64,000 nucleotides of DNA from the NCBI RefSeq assembly GCF_003018255.1, contig NZ_CP027440.1; one strand, written 5' to 3'. Below, in pieces: positions 28,117 through 38,894 of this stretch. The DNA is from Escherichia coli (GTDB taxonomy: Bacteria; Pseudomonadota; Gammaproteobacteria; Enterobacterales; Enterobacteriaceae). Every line of letters starts with the position of its first letter. The stretch's first letter is position 1. Position numbers and translations under genes: made by a program. Below the pieces are notes generated by a model. The model did no database searches. It was given only the letters and a program-made list of their open reading frames with translations, and was not told the DNA's origin.

Positions 28117-30396
28117 ATGAGCGAGCCGTTAATTGTCGGCATCCGGCATCATAGTCCGGCCTGCGCCCGGCTGGTGAAATCGTTAATCGAAAGCCAGCGG
28201 CCACGATACGTGTTGATTGAAGGCCCGGCTGATTTTAATGACCGGGTAGACGAACTGTTTTTAGCCCACCAGCTTCCGGTAGCTATTTACAGTTATTGCC
28301 AGTATCAGGACGGTGCAGCCCCCGGGCGTGGTGCCTGGACGCCATATGCTGAATTTTCGCCGGAGTGGCAGGCGCTACAAGCCGCTCGTCGTATTCAGGC
28401 ACAAACTTACTTCATCGATTTGCCTTGCTGGGCGCAGAGTGAAGAAGAGGACGATTCGCCTGATACGCAAGAGGAAAGCCAGACCTTGCTGCTGCGTGCC
28501 ACCCGCATGGATAACAGCGACACCCTGTGGGATCACTTGTTCGAAGATGAAAGCCAGCAAACTGCATTACCCTCTGCACTGGCGCACTATTTTGCACAAC
28601 TGCGGGGCGATTCCCCCGGAGATGCTCTCAATCGTCAGCGCGAAGACTTTATGGCCCGCTGGATTGGTTGGGCGATGCAGCAAAACAATGGCGACGTGTT
28701 AGTCGTCTGCGGTGGCTGGCACGCTTCTGCACTGGCAAAAATGTGGCGCGAATGCCCGCAGGAAATTAACACGCCGGAATTGCCCTCGCTGGCAGATGCC
28801 GTTACAGGTTGTTATCTCACCCCCTACAGTGAAAAGCGCCTTGATGTGCTGGCAGGATACCTTTCCGGTATGCCTGCCCCGGTCTGGCAAAACTGGTGCT
28901 GGCGGTGGGGCTTGCAGCAGGCAGGTGAACAACTGCTGAAAACGGTTCTTACCCGTTTGCGCCAGCACCACTTGCCTGCTTCAACAGCGGATATGGCTGC
29001 CGCTCATCTGCATGCGATGGCACTGGCACAGTTGCGTGGTCATACACTACCGTTACGCACTGACTGGCTGGATGCCATAGCAGGCTCGCTGATTAAAGAA
29101 GCCCTGAATGCGCCGTTGCCGTGGAGCTATCGCGGCGTTATTCATCCCGATACCGATCCGATTCTGCTAACGTTGATAGACACATTAGCGGGTGACGGAT
29201 TCGGTAAACTTGCCCCCTCTACGCCACAGCCGCCTCTGCCAAAAGATGTCACCTGCGAACTGGAACGTACAGGAATCTCTTTTCCGGCGGAGCTTACTTT
29301 AAATCGCTTTACCCCCGATGGACTGGCGCAAAGTCAGGTGTTACATCGGCTGGTAATACTGGAGATCCCAGGGGTTGTGCGCCAGCAGGGAAGTACACTG
29401 ACACTTGCAGGCAACGGTGAAGAACGCTGGAAATTAACCCGCCCGCTTAGCCAACATGCGGCATTAATTGAGGCCGCCTGCTTTGGTGCCACACTCCAGG
29501 AAGCCGCACGCAATAAATTAGAAGCCGATATGCTGGACGCGGGTGGAATCGGCAGTATCACCACATGTCTTAGCCAGGCGGCGTTAGCGGGTCTGGCGTC
29601 CTTCAATCAACAATTACTGGAGCAACTCACATTATTAATCGCCCAGGAAAATCAGTTTGCCGAAATGGGCCAGGCGCTGGAAGTGCTATATGCCTTATGG
29701 CGGCTGGATGAAATTAGCGGTATGCAGGGCGCGCAGATATTACAAACGACATTATGCGCGGCCATCGATCGCACGCTGTGGCTATGTGAATCCAACGGCA
29801 GACCGGATGAAAAGGAGTTTCACGCTCACCTGCATAGCTGGCAAGCGCTTTGCCATATCCTGCGCGATCTACATAGCGGCGTTAATTTACCCGGCGTTTC
29901 TCTTTCTGCGGCGGTAGCCTTACTGGAGCGACGCAGTCAGGCGATTCATGCCCCGGCGCTGGATCGCGGCGCGGCACTTGGCGCACTGATGCGTCTGGAA
30001 CATCCCAACGCCAGTGCCGAAGCGGCGCTGACAATGCTGGTGCAATTATCCCCGACACAATCCGGCGAGGCGCTGCACGGTTTGCTGGCATTAGCCCGTC
30101 ATCAACTGGCCTGTCAGCCGGTATTTATCGCCGGTTTCAGCAGTCATTTAAATCAACTGAGTGATGCCGATTTTATCAATGCCCTGCCCGATTTACGCGC
30201 GGCGATGGCCTGGCTACCACCACGAGAACGCGGGACGCTGGCGCATCAGGTGCTTGAGCATTATCAACTGGTGCAACTTCCCGTTTCGGCACTGCAAATG
30301 CCGTTGCATTGTCCACCACAAGACATTGCACATCATCAACAACTCGAACAGCAGGCACTGGCATCGCTGCAACACTGGGGAGTTTTCCATGTCTGA
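28117..30396 (+). CDS. yehM: Large uncharacterised protein encoded between MoxR ATPase and VWA genes
   Basis: Start set at the internal Met (MSEPLIVGIRHHSPACARLV; GAGGAA RBS) for 759 aa; begins 10 nt after the yehL stop. Confidence 0.8.
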   Translation: MSEPLIVGIRHHSPACARLVKSLIESQRPRYVLIEGPADFNDRVDELFLAHQLPVAIYSYCQYQDGAAPGRGAWTPYAEFSPEWQALQAARRIQAQTYFIDLPCWAQSEEEDDSPDTQEESQTLLLRATRMDNSDTLWDHLFEDESQQTALPSALAHYFAQLRGDSPGDALNRQREDFMARWIGWAMQQNNGDVLVVCGGWHASALAKMWRECPQEINTPELPSLADAVTGCYLTPYSEKRLDVLAGYLSGMPAPVWQNWCWRWGLQQAGEQLLKTVLTRLRQHHLPASTADMAAAHLHAMALAQLRGHTLPLRTDWLDAIAGSLIKEALNAPLPWSYRGVIHPDTDPILLTLIDTLAGDGFGKLAPSTPQPPLPKDVTCELERTGISFPAELTLNRFTPDGLAQSQVLHRLVILEIPGVVRQQGSTLTLAGNGEERWKLTRPLSQHAALIEAACFGATLQEAARNKLEADMLDAGGIGSITTCLSQAALAGLASFNQQLLEQLTLLIAQENQFAEMGQALEVLYALWRLDEISGMQGAQILQTTLCAAIDRTLWLCESNGRPDEKEFHAHLHSWQALCHILRDLHSGVNLPGVSLSAAVALLERRSQAIHAPALDRGAALGALMRLEHPNASAEAALTMLVQLSPTQSGEALHGLLALARHQLACQPVFIAGFSSHLNQLSDADFINALPDLRAAMAWLPPRERGTLAHQVLEHYQLVQLPVSALQMPLHCPPQDIAHHQQLEQQALASLQHWGVFHV

Positions 30397-31525
30397 ACTG
30401 AACGATCTTCTGACCACCCGTGAGCTACAACGCTGGCGATTAATTCTTGGCGAAGCGGCAGAAACGACGCTTTGTGGGCTGGATGACAACGCCCGGCAGA
30501 TAGACCACGCGATGGAGTGGCTGTATGGGCACGATCCTGAACGGTTCCAGCGTGGTGAACGCTCCGGTGGATTAGGTTGCTCAAATCTCACCCCCCCTGA
30601 GTGGATCAACAGTATTCACACGCTGTTTCCGCAACAGGTGATTGAACGGCTGGAAAGCGATGCCGTACTGCGCTACGGCATTGAAGATGTGGTGACGAAT
30701 CTCGACGTGCTGGAACGTATGCAACCGTCTGAAAGCCTGCTACGCGCCGTTTTGCACACCAAACATCTGATGAATCCCGAAGTACTGGCTGCCGCCCGCC
30801 GGATAGTACGCCAGGTTGTTGAAGAAATTATGGCTCGACTGGCAAAGGAAGTTCGTCAGGCTTTTTCTGGTGTCCGCGATCGCCGCCGTCGCTCATTTAT
30901 TCCACTGGCGCGTAATTTCGATTTCAAAAGTACGCTGCGTGCCAACCTGCAACACTGGCATCCGCAACACGGCAAGTTGTATATCGAATCCCCCCGCTTT
31001 AACAGCCGCATTAAGCGCCATAGCGATCAATGGCAACTGGTCTTACTGGTTGATCAAAGCGGATCGATGGTTGACTCGGTGATCCACTCAGCGGTGATGG
31101 CGGCCTGTTTATGGCAGTTACCCGGCATTCGTACCCATCTGGTGGCGTTTGACACCAGCGTGGTTGATCTCACGGCAGACGTTGCCGATCCGGTAGAGTT
31201 ATTAATGAAAGTACAACTGGGCGGCGGGACCAATATCGCCAGTGCCGTGGAGTATGGTCGGCAACTTATTGAACAACCTGCAAAAAGTGTCATTATCCTC
31301 GTGAGCGATTTCTATGAAGGTGGTTCATCATCATTGCTGACGCATCAGGTGAAAAAGTGTGTCCAGAGCGGCATCAAAGTGCTGGGACTGGCGGCGCTCG
31401 ATAGCACCGCAACACCTTGCTATGACCGCGATATGGCCCAGGCACTGGTTAATGTCGGTGCACAAATAGCCGCCATGACGCCGGGCGAACTGGCGACCTG
31501 GCTTGCGGAGAATCTTCAGTCATGA
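30389..31525 (+). CDS. yehP: von Willebrand factor A (VWA) domain protein
   Basis: Start set at the internal Met (MSELNDLLTT) for 378 aa; MIDAS-like motif LLVDQSGSM; overlaps the yehM stop by 8 nt. Confidence 0.8.
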   Translation: MSELNDLLTTRELQRWRLILGEAAETTLCGLDDNARQIDHAMEWLYGHDPERFQRGERSGGLGCSNLTPPEWINSIHTLFPQQVIERLESDAVLRYGIEDVVTNLDVLERMQPSESLLRAVLHTKHLMNPEVLAAARRIVRQVVEEIMARLAKEVRQAFSGVRDRRRRSFIPLARNFDFKSTLRANLQHWHPQHGKLYIESPRFNSRIKRHSDQWQLVLLVDQSGSMVDSVIHSAVMAACLWQLPGIRTHLVAFDTSVVDLTADVADPVELLMKVQLGGGTNIASAVEYGRQLIEQPAKSVIILVSDFYEGGSSSLLTHQVKKCVQSGIKVLGLAALDSTATPCYDRDMAQALVNVGAQIAAMTPGELATWLAENLQS

Positions 31526-33512
31526 ATTCACTACGTCCGGAATTATTAGAACTGACACCACAGGCACTGACGGCGTTAAGCAATGCCGGTTTTGTTAAGC
31601 GCAGCCTTAAAGAACTGGAAAATGGCAACGTCCCGGAAATCAGTCATGAGAACGGCGCTTTAATCGCCACCTTCAGTGACGGTGTCCGCACCCAGCTGGC
31701 GAACGGCCAGGCACTGAAAGAGGCTCAGTGCAGCTGCGGGGCCAGCGGCATGTGCCGCCATCGCGTGATGCTGGTTTTAAGTTATCAGCGACTTTGCGCC
31801 ACCACCCAGCCTACGGAAAAAGAAGAAGAGTGGGATCCGGCAATCTGGCTGGAAGAACTGGCTACCCTGCCCGATGCCACCCGCAAACGCGCACAGGCGC
31901 TGGTCGCTAAAGGCATCACCATTGAGTTGTTCTGTACGCCGGGCGAAATTCCCTCTGCCCGCTTACCGATGAGCGATGTACGTTTTTATTCCCGCAGCAG
32001 CATTCGTTTCGCTCGCTGTGATTGTATTGACGGCACACTTTGCGAACATGTCGTACTGGCTGTGCAGGCCTTCGTCGAGGCCAAAACTCAGCAAGCGGAA
32101 TTTACTCATTTAATCTGGCAGATGCGCAGCGAACACGTCACATCATCTGACGATCCGTTTGCCAGCGAAGAGGGCAACGCGTGTCGTCAATATGTTCAGC
32201 AATTAAGTCAGGCATTATGGCTGGGCGGCATCAGCCAGCCGCCAATCCATTACGAGGCCGCTTTCAGCCGCGCACAGCAGGCGGCGGAACGCTGCAACTG
32301 GCGATGGGTGAGTGAATCGCTACGGCAACTGCGCGCCAGCGTTGATGCCTTCCACGCCCGCGCCAGCCACTATCATGCCGGAAAATGCTTGTGCCAGCTT
32401 GCGGCGTTAACCAGTCGCTTGAACAGTGCACAAGAGATAGCGCGACGTGACAGTGTCGGTGAAGTACCGCCCATGCCGTGGCGCACGGTCGTTGGCTCTG
32501 GCATTGCCGGAGAAGCAAAGCTTGATCATCTGCGGCTGGTGTCTTTAGGTATGCGTTGCTGGCAGGATATTGAGCATTATGGTTTACCGATCCCGACACC
32601 GGCAGTATTTTGCATCTTTCGCGTAGTTGGCCGAGAAGCGAACAGGAAAACTCACCGGCAGCGACGCGTCGGCTGTTTAGTTTTCAGGCTGGCGCACTGG
32701 CGGGCGGGCAAATTGTTTCACAAGCAGCAAAACGCAGTGCCGATGGCGAGCTGCTGTTAGCTACCCGCAACCGCTTAAGCAGCGTTGTGCCGCTGTCGCC
32801 TGATGCCTGGCAAATGTTGAGCGCGCCGTTACGCCAGCCGGGCATTGTGGCTTTGCGGGAATATTTACGCCAGCGTCCCCCCGCCTGCATACGGCCTCTT
32901 AATCAGGTCGATAACTTATTTATTCTGCCGGTCGCTGAGTGTATTTCGCTCGGTTGGGATAGCAGCCGCCAGACGCTGGATGCGCAGGTAATCAGCGGCG
33001 AAGGTGAAGATAATCTGCTGACGTTATCACTGCCAGCCTCAGCCAGCGCGCCTTATGCCGTTGAACGCATGGCGGCGCTTTTGCAACAAACAGACGACCC
33101 CGTGTGTCTGGTTTCTGGCTTTGTCAGCTTTGTAGAGGGGCAATTGACACTGGAACCACAGGTAATGATGACAAAGACTCGTGCCTGGGCGCTGGACGCA
33201 GAAACTGCGCCTGTGGTGGCATCACTACCTTCTGCCAGCGTTCTGCCTGTGCCGTCTACTGCTCATCAGTTGCTGATGCGCTGCCAGGCGTTACTTATTC
33301 AACTGCTCCATAACGGCTGGCGCTATCAGGAACATAGTGCTATTGGTCAGGCAGAGTTGCTGGCGAATGACCTCACCGCGGTGGGTTTTTATCGGCTGGC
33401 ACATGTGTTGGGACAATTTCGTAATACAGAAAGCGAGGCACGGGTAGAAGCAATGAATAACGGTGTTTTGCTGTGCGAACAATTATTCCCCATGCTTCAG
33501 CAACAAGGATGA
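31522..33512 (+). pseudogene. yehQ: SWIM zinc-finger protein gene split by a frameshift
   Basis: ATG at 31522 overlaps the yehP stop (ATGA); two CxC...CxH SWIM-like motifs (QCSCGASGMCRH, RCDCIDGTLCEH); the reading frame 31522..32760 switches to the frame 32610..33512 within about 32575..32650. Confidence 0.6.
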
Positions 33513-33636
33513 AATAGTGCTTTTTACTAAGAGTTCTACTCCAGTTCCGGACTGCTCACGCCACGGTATTAGGCATATCCTATATAGCCCCTGGTGAGAG
33601 TCACCAGTTCCTTGATTAAATAAAATGGAGTTTTAC

Positions 33637-34098
33637 ATGAAGGCTTTCAATAAGCTGTTTTCCCTCGTTGTTGCATCTGTTCTGGTTTTCTCTCTTGCTG
33701 GCTGCGGTGACAAAGAAGAATCGAAAAAATTCAGCGCCAATCTGAACGGTACTGAAATTGCCATTACCTATGTCTACAAAGGTGACAAGGTGCTTAAGCA
33801 ATCTTCTGAAACCAAAATTCAATTTGCCTCCATTGGTGCAACCACCAAAGAAGACGCTGCCAGGACACTTGAGCCGTTAAGCGCCAAATACAAAAACATC
33901 GCGGGTGTTGAAGAAAAATTAACCTATACCGATACCTACGCGCAGGAAAACGTGACTATCGATATGGAAAAAGTGGATTTTAAAGCCCTGCAGGGTATTT
34001 CAGGAATCAACGTTTCTGCTGAAGATGCCAAAAAAGGTATCACTATGGCGCAAATGGAACTGGTGATGAAAGCCGCTGGTTTTAAAGAAGTGAAATAA
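33637..34098 (+). CDS. yehR: Lipoprotein (DUF1307 family)
   Basis: Start set at the internal Met; signal peptide with lipobox LAGC (MKAFNKLFSLVVASVLVFSLAGCGD). Confidence 0.8.
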   Translation: MKAFNKLFSLVVASVLVFSLAGCGDKEESKKFSANLNGTEIAITYVYKGDKVLKQSSETKIQFASIGATTKEDAARTLEPLSAKYKNIAGVEEKLTYTDTYAQENVTIDMEKVDFKALQGISGINVSAEDAKKGITMAQMELVMKAAGFKEVK

Positions 34099-34104
34099 TC
34101 TGTC

Positions 34105-34130
34105 GGCGGCCATGTTTTTGCATGGCCGCC
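34105..34130. terminator. Intergenic hairpin between convergent yehR and yehS (probable bidirectional terminator)
   Basis: ggcggccatg-tttttg-catggccgcc perfect 10-bp stem. Confidence 0.45.
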
Positions 34131-34139
34131 ATACCCGTC

Positions 34140-34610
34140 TTAGCTTTTCTTCACATGCTGGCGCGCTGCCAGTCCACGCAGAAAATAACGTAAAAATTGA
34201 TCGCCGCATTCGCGGAAGTTTTTATGATCCGGTGCACGCATCATCGCCGTAATTTCCGGCATCGAAACACGGAACTGCTGTTCGGTAAGGATCGCCAGAA
34301 TGTCATCGGTTTTCAGCGAAAACGTGATGCGTAATTTTTTCAGCACGATGTTGTTATTAATGCGACGTTCCGGCTCCATTGCCGGAGCAGACTCATCCTT
34401 GCCACGTTTTTCATAAATCAGGCCATTGAGGAAGGAAGACAAAACAATGTCCGGACAACGCTGAAAACCCTCTTCGTCTTCTTTACGTAGCCAGACGGCG
34501 ATCTGTTCCGCGGTGGCTTCGACATTACCCAGCGCCAGAATACGCACCAGGTCATTATTATTGGCTTTCAAAATGTAGCGCACGCTGCGCAGAATATCGT
34601 TACTTAGCAT
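34140..34610 (-). CDS. yehS: DUF1456 family protein
   Basis: Start set at the internal Met (MLSNDILRSVRYILK) for 156 aa; position next to btsR. Confidence 0.7.
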   Translation of the reverse strand: MLSNDILRSVRYILKANNNDLVRILALGNVEATAEQIAVWLRKEDEEGFQRCPDIVLSSFLNGLIYEKRGKDESAPAMEPERRINNNIVLKKLRITFSLKTDDILAILTEQQFRVSMPEITAMMRAPDHKNFRECGDQFLRYFLRGLAARQHVKKS

Positions 34611-34656
34611 GAGGCCTTCAGGTGTTGATGAGGCAAAAAGCCATTTTAGCAGTCTT

Positions 34657-35376
34657 TTACAGGCCAATCGCCTCTTTTAAGCTTTTCAGATAACGACGGC
34701 TGACCGGCACGGTTAAGCCATTACGCAAAATCAACTCGGCCTGGCCGTTATCTTCCAGACGAATCTCCTGTAAATGCGCGAGGTTAACCAGATACTGACG
34801 ATGGCAGCGTAGTAGTGGTGTACGACTCTCCAGGGTACGTAATGTCAGTTCGGTAAAGCCCTCTTTCCCTTCGTGACTGGTAACGTAGACACCGCTCATC
34901 CGACTGCTGACAAATGCCACATCTTTCATTTGCAGCAAATAAATCCGACTATGCCCCGTACAAGGGATAAATTTCAGCGCCTGTTGATTTTCCGGTAACA
35001 ACGAAACATCCTGCTTGCTGCGCTCCAGACGCAATCGCGCCAGCGTTTTCTCCAGTCGCGCTTCATCAATTGGCTTCAGCAGATAATCAAAGGCATGTTC
35101 TTCAAAGGCTTTAATGGCGTATTCATCAAACGCGGTGAGAAAAACAATATACGGACGATGTTCCGGGTCGAGCATCCCCACCATTTCCAGACCACTGATG
35201 CGCGGCATCTGGATATCGAGGAACAGCACATCCGGGCGCAGTTTATGCACCGCGCCGATCCCTTCCACGGCGTTTGAACACTCACCAACGATTTCAATAT
35301 CGCTCTGCTCCTGCAAAAATACGCGCAGGTTCTCCCGTGCTAACGGTTCATCATCGACAATTAAGACTTTAATCAT
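34657..35376 (-). CDS. btsR: LytTR-family response regulator of the BtsS/BtsR (YehU/YehT) two-component system
   Basis: Start set at the internal Met ([17 protein letters not shown]) for 239 aa; receiver domain plus LytTR output domain; overlaps btsS by 4 nt. Confidence 0.85.
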   Translation of the reverse strand: MIKVLIVDDEPLARENLRVFLQEQSDIEIVGECSNAVEGIGAVHKLRPDVLFLDIQMPRISGLEMVGMLDPEHRPYIVFLTAFDEYAIKAFEEHAFDYLLKPIDEARLEKTLARLRLERSKQDVSLLPENQQALKFIPCTGHSRIYLLQMKDVAFVSSRMSGVYVTSHEGKEGFTELTLRTLESRTPLLRCHRQYLVNLAHLQEIRLEDNGQAELILRNGLTVPVSRRYLKSLKEAIGL

Positions 35377-37058
35377 GCCTCGTCCCTCCATGGTAGTCGT
35401 AACGTTATTCGGGTGTAACAATCAGGCTCACAGGCGACGCTTATCCCATAGTCATCGCCAAACCGTTCACGTAAACGCTTATCCACCAGATTCATCCCCA
35501 GCCCACTGGCATTGGTTACCGGTTGATACAAACCGGCATTGTCTTCGATCTCCAGCATCAAATGTTGCCCCTCACGTCGGGCGCTGATTGCCACTCGCCC
35601 TGTATCCAGCAGTTGTGATGTCCCATGTTTAATGGCGTTTTCCACTATCGGTTGCAGGGTAAACGCGGGCAATTGCTGCTGGGATAATTCTTGCGGAATA
35701 GCAATGTTGACCTGCAACCGCGACTGGAAGCGCGCCTTTTCAATTTGCAGATAAGCGTTCACATGTTCAATTTCGTCTGCGAGAGTAACAAACTCCGAAG
35801 GCCGCTTTAAGTTTTTGCGGAAAAAAGTGGAAAGATACTGGACCAGCTGGCTGGCCTGTTCGCTGTCGCGGCGGATCACCGCTTTAATGGTGTTAAGCGC
35901 ATTAAACAAAAAATGGGGGTTCACCTGGGCGTGAAGCAGTTTGATCTCTGACTGGGTGAGCATCGCTTTTTGCCGCTCATATTGCCCGGCGAGGATCTGC
36001 GCCGAAAGCAGTTGCGCAATCCCCTCGCCCAGCGTGCGGTTGATTGAACTGAATAAACGGTTTTTGGCTTCATACAATTTGATGGTGCCCATCACCCGCT
36101 GATTTTCGCCACGCAACGGAATGACCAGCGTCGACCCCAGTTTGCATTGCGGATGCAAAGAGCAACGATAAGGTACTTCGTTGCCATCAGCGTAGACCAC
36201 TTCACCGGTTTCAATCGCTTTTAAGGTGTAAGTCGAAGAAATCGGTTTGCCGGGTAAATGGTGGTCGTCACCAATTCCGGTAAAGGCCAGCAATTTCTCT
36301 CGATCGGTAATCGCGACTGCACCAATATCCAGCTCCTGATACAGCACCTGTGCCACTTTCATGCTGTTCACTTCGTTAAACCCCTGGCGCAAAATGCCTT
36401 CCGTCGAGGCAGCCACTTTTAGCGCAGTGGCAGAAAAAGCCGAAGTGTATTTTTCAAACATCGCGCGTTTATCGAGCAATATACGCATAAACAGCGCCGC
36501 GCCGACGGTATTGGTAACCATCATTGGCGCAGCAATATTACTCACCAGACGCACCGCATCTTCATAAGGTCGGGCGATCGCCAGGATGATCAACATTTGC
36601 ACCATTTCAGCGACGAACGTGACGGCACCGGCGGTAATGGGGTTAAAGACTTTATCAGTGCGCCCGCGACGGATCAGGATGCTGTGTACCAGGCCGCCGA
36701 GCAACCCTTCAACGATGGTCGAGATCATGCAACTTAGCGCGGTCATGCCCCCCATCGAATATCGATGTAACCCGCCGGTCAGACCAACCAGCCCACCGAC
36801 GACCGGACCGCCGAGTAAGCCGCCCATTACCGCGCCTATCGCACGGGTATTGGCAATAGAATCGTCAATGTGCAACCCAAACCAGGTGCCCATGATGCAG
36901 AAGATGGAAAAAACGATGTAGCAGAGAAATTTATGCGGCAGACGAACCGTGACCTGCATTAACGGTATGAATAATGGCGTTTTACTCATTAACCACGCAA
37001 TGACTAAAAAAACGCACATCTGCTGAAGCAGCAGCAACACCAGATTAAAATCGTACAT
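35373..37058 (-). CDS. btsS: LytS-type sensor histidine kinase of the BtsS/BtsR system
   Basis: Start set at the internal Met ([14 protein letters not shown]) for 561 aa; N-terminal multi-TM domain, GAF-like region and His-kinase C-terminus. Confidence 0.85.
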   Translation of the reverse strand: MYDFNLVLLLLQQMCVFLVIAWLMSKTPLFIPLMQVTVRLPHKFLCYIVFSIFCIMGTWFGLHIDDSIANTRAIGAVMGGLLGGPVVGGLVGLTGGLHRYSMGGMTALSCMISTIVEGLLGGLVHSILIRRGRTDKVFNPITAGAVTFVAEMVQMLIILAIARPYEDAVRLVSNIAAPMMVTNTVGAALFMRILLDKRAMFEKYTSAFSATALKVAASTEGILRQGFNEVNSMKVAQVLYQELDIGAVAITDREKLLAFTGIGDDHHLPGKPISSTYTLKAIETGEVVYADGNEVPYRCSLHPQCKLGSTLVIPLRGENQRVMGTIKLYEAKNRLFSSINRTLGEGIAQLLSAQILAGQYERQKAMLTQSEIKLLHAQVNPHFLFNALNTIKAVIRRDSEQASQLVQYLSTFFRKNLKRPSEFVTLADEIEHVNAYLQIEKARFQSRLQVNIAIPQELSQQQLPAFTLQPIVENAIKHGTSQLLDTGRVAISARREGQHLMLEIEDNAGLYQPVTNASGLGMNLVDKRLRERFGDDYGISVACEPDCYTRITLRLPWRDEA

Positions 37059-37279
37059 ACTCGCAAACCACACTTCCCTTTAAAACGCGTAACATACATT
37101 GCTTGCGTTTAACTTTCTTTGAACTCTTGCAGAAAAATGAGAATTCGTGAGTACGATCACTCAAAATCGCCTGGCAAAAATAAAATCACCCTATAGATGC
37201 ACAAAAAACGGGCAAAACTACCTGGTTCGCAAAACTGCGTCTAAAGTTAAACCGGGACCTCGCGAGCAAGGGTGAGACG

Positions 37280-38011
37280 ATGGCGCTTTACACAATTGGT
37301 GAAGTGGCGTTGCTTTGTGATATTAACCCTGTCACGTTACGCGCGTGGCAGAGGCGTTACGGATTGCTGAAACCGCAACGGACAGACGGCGGTCATCGGC
37401 TGTTCAATGATGCCGATATTGACCGGATCCGCGAGATCAAACGCTGGATCGACAACGGCGTGCAGGTCAGCAAAGTTAAAATGCTGCTCAGTAATGAAAA
37501 TGTTGATGTGCAGAACGGCTGGCGCGATCAGCAAGAAACATTACTAACTTACCTGCAAAGCGGCAATCTGCATAGCCTGCGAACGTGGATCAAAGAGCGC
37601 GGTCAGGATTACCCCGCCCAGACACTCACCACGCACCTGTTTATTCCTCTGCGCCGACGACTTCAGTGCCAACAACCGACTCTCCAGGCGCTGCTGGCGA
37701 TCCTCGACGGCGTACTGATCAACTACATCGCCATTTGTCTGGCTTCGGCACGTAAAAAACAGGGTAAAGATGCGCTGGTGGTTGGCTGGAATATTCACGA
37801 TACCACCCGTCTGTGGCTGGAGGGCTGGATTGCCAGTCAACAAGGATGGCGCATTGATGTCCTCGCCCACTCGCTCAATCAACTACGCCCTGAACTGTTC
37901 GAAGGCCGTACATTGCTGGTGTGGTGCGGTGAAAATCGAACCTCCGCCCAACAGCAGCAACTCACCAGTTGGCAGGAACAAGGCCATGATATTTTCCCAC
38001 TCGGCATTTAA
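37280..38011 (+). CDS. mlrA: MerR-family transcriptional regulator
   Basis: 243-aa ORF with N-terminal MerR HTH (YTIGEVALLCDINPVTLRAWQRRYGLL). Confidence 0.85.
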   Translation: MALYTIGEVALLCDINPVTLRAWQRRYGLLKPQRTDGGHRLFNDADIDRIREIKRWIDNGVQVSKVKMLLSNENVDVQNGWRDQQETLLTYLQSGNLHSLRTWIKERGQDYPAQTLTTHLFIPLRRRLQCQQPTLQALLAILDGVLINYIAICLASARKKQGKDALVVGWNIHDTTRLWLEGWIASQQGWRIDVLAHSLNQLRPELFEGRTLLVWCGENRTSAQQQQLTSWQEQGHDIFPLGI

Positions 38012-38070
38012 TCATTCGTTAACAAATGCGCTTTACTGTACAATCCTTTCGTTAACATAAGGAGTGCATT

Positions 38071-38178
38071 ATGCGCATAGCTAAAATTGGGGTCATCGCC
38101 CTGTTCCTGTTTATGGCGTTAGGCGGAATTGGTGGCGTCATGCTCGCAGGTTATACCTTTATTTTGCGTGCTGGCTGA
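38071..38178 (+). CDS. yohO: Small single-TM membrane peptide, 35 aa
   Basis: ATG preceded by TAAGGAG; encodes [35 protein letters not shown]; below the ORF-track cutoff; 3' end overlaps convergent yehW. Confidence 0.6.
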
Positions 38179-38890
38179 ACGCCTGCACCAGCCTTTCAAA
38201 CAGGCGGTCTGCGATGATCGCCGCCAGTGCCACCAGTAACGCTCCCTGGATCACATACGCGGTATTAAATCCGCTAAGTCCGATGATGATGGGCGTACCC
38301 AGCGTGTTGGCCCCTACCGTTGAGGCGATCGTCGCCGTGCCAATGTTGATAATCACCGAAGTTCGTACACCCGCCAGAATCACCGGAGCTGCCAGCGGTA
38401 GCTCGACCTTACGCAGTCGCTGACTACAGCTCATTCCCATGCCTTTGGCAACTTCGGTCACGCTGGCATCAATCGATCCCAGCCCGGCAAGTGTCGCCTG
38501 CAGGACGGGCAGCACACCGTAAAGGATCAAGGCGATAATCGCCGGTTGCTGACCAAAGCCGATCACCGGAACGGCAATCGCCAGCACTGCAACGGGCGGA
38601 AAAGTCTGTCCAACGGCGGCAATAGTTTCCACCAGTGGACGAAATTCCGCGCCCCAAGGGCGAGTGACAGCAATTCCGGCACCAGTACCAATGATCACCG
38701 CAAACAAACTCGAAATTCCCACCAGCCAGAAATGAGCCAGTGCCAGAGCTGCAAAGCTTTCCTGCTGATAAACGGGTCGTGGCAGTTGTGGGAACAAGGC
38801 AGCAAACAGCGGCTGGCTGTAAGGCAGCCAGAAAATCAGCGCCACAAACAGAGCAATCAGCCAGAACAGCGGATCGCGCAACATCTTCAT
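38159..38890 (-). CDS. yehW: Osmoprotectant ABC transporter permease
   Basis: 243-aa membrane ORF; last gene of the osmF-yehYXW operon. Confidence 0.85.
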
Positions 38891-38894
38891 ACGA

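Noticed and set aside
32264-32599. 111-aa minus-strand ORF inside yehQ
   Set aside because: Antisense shadow ORF within the yehQ coding region; it does not explain the frame break, which is on the plus strand.
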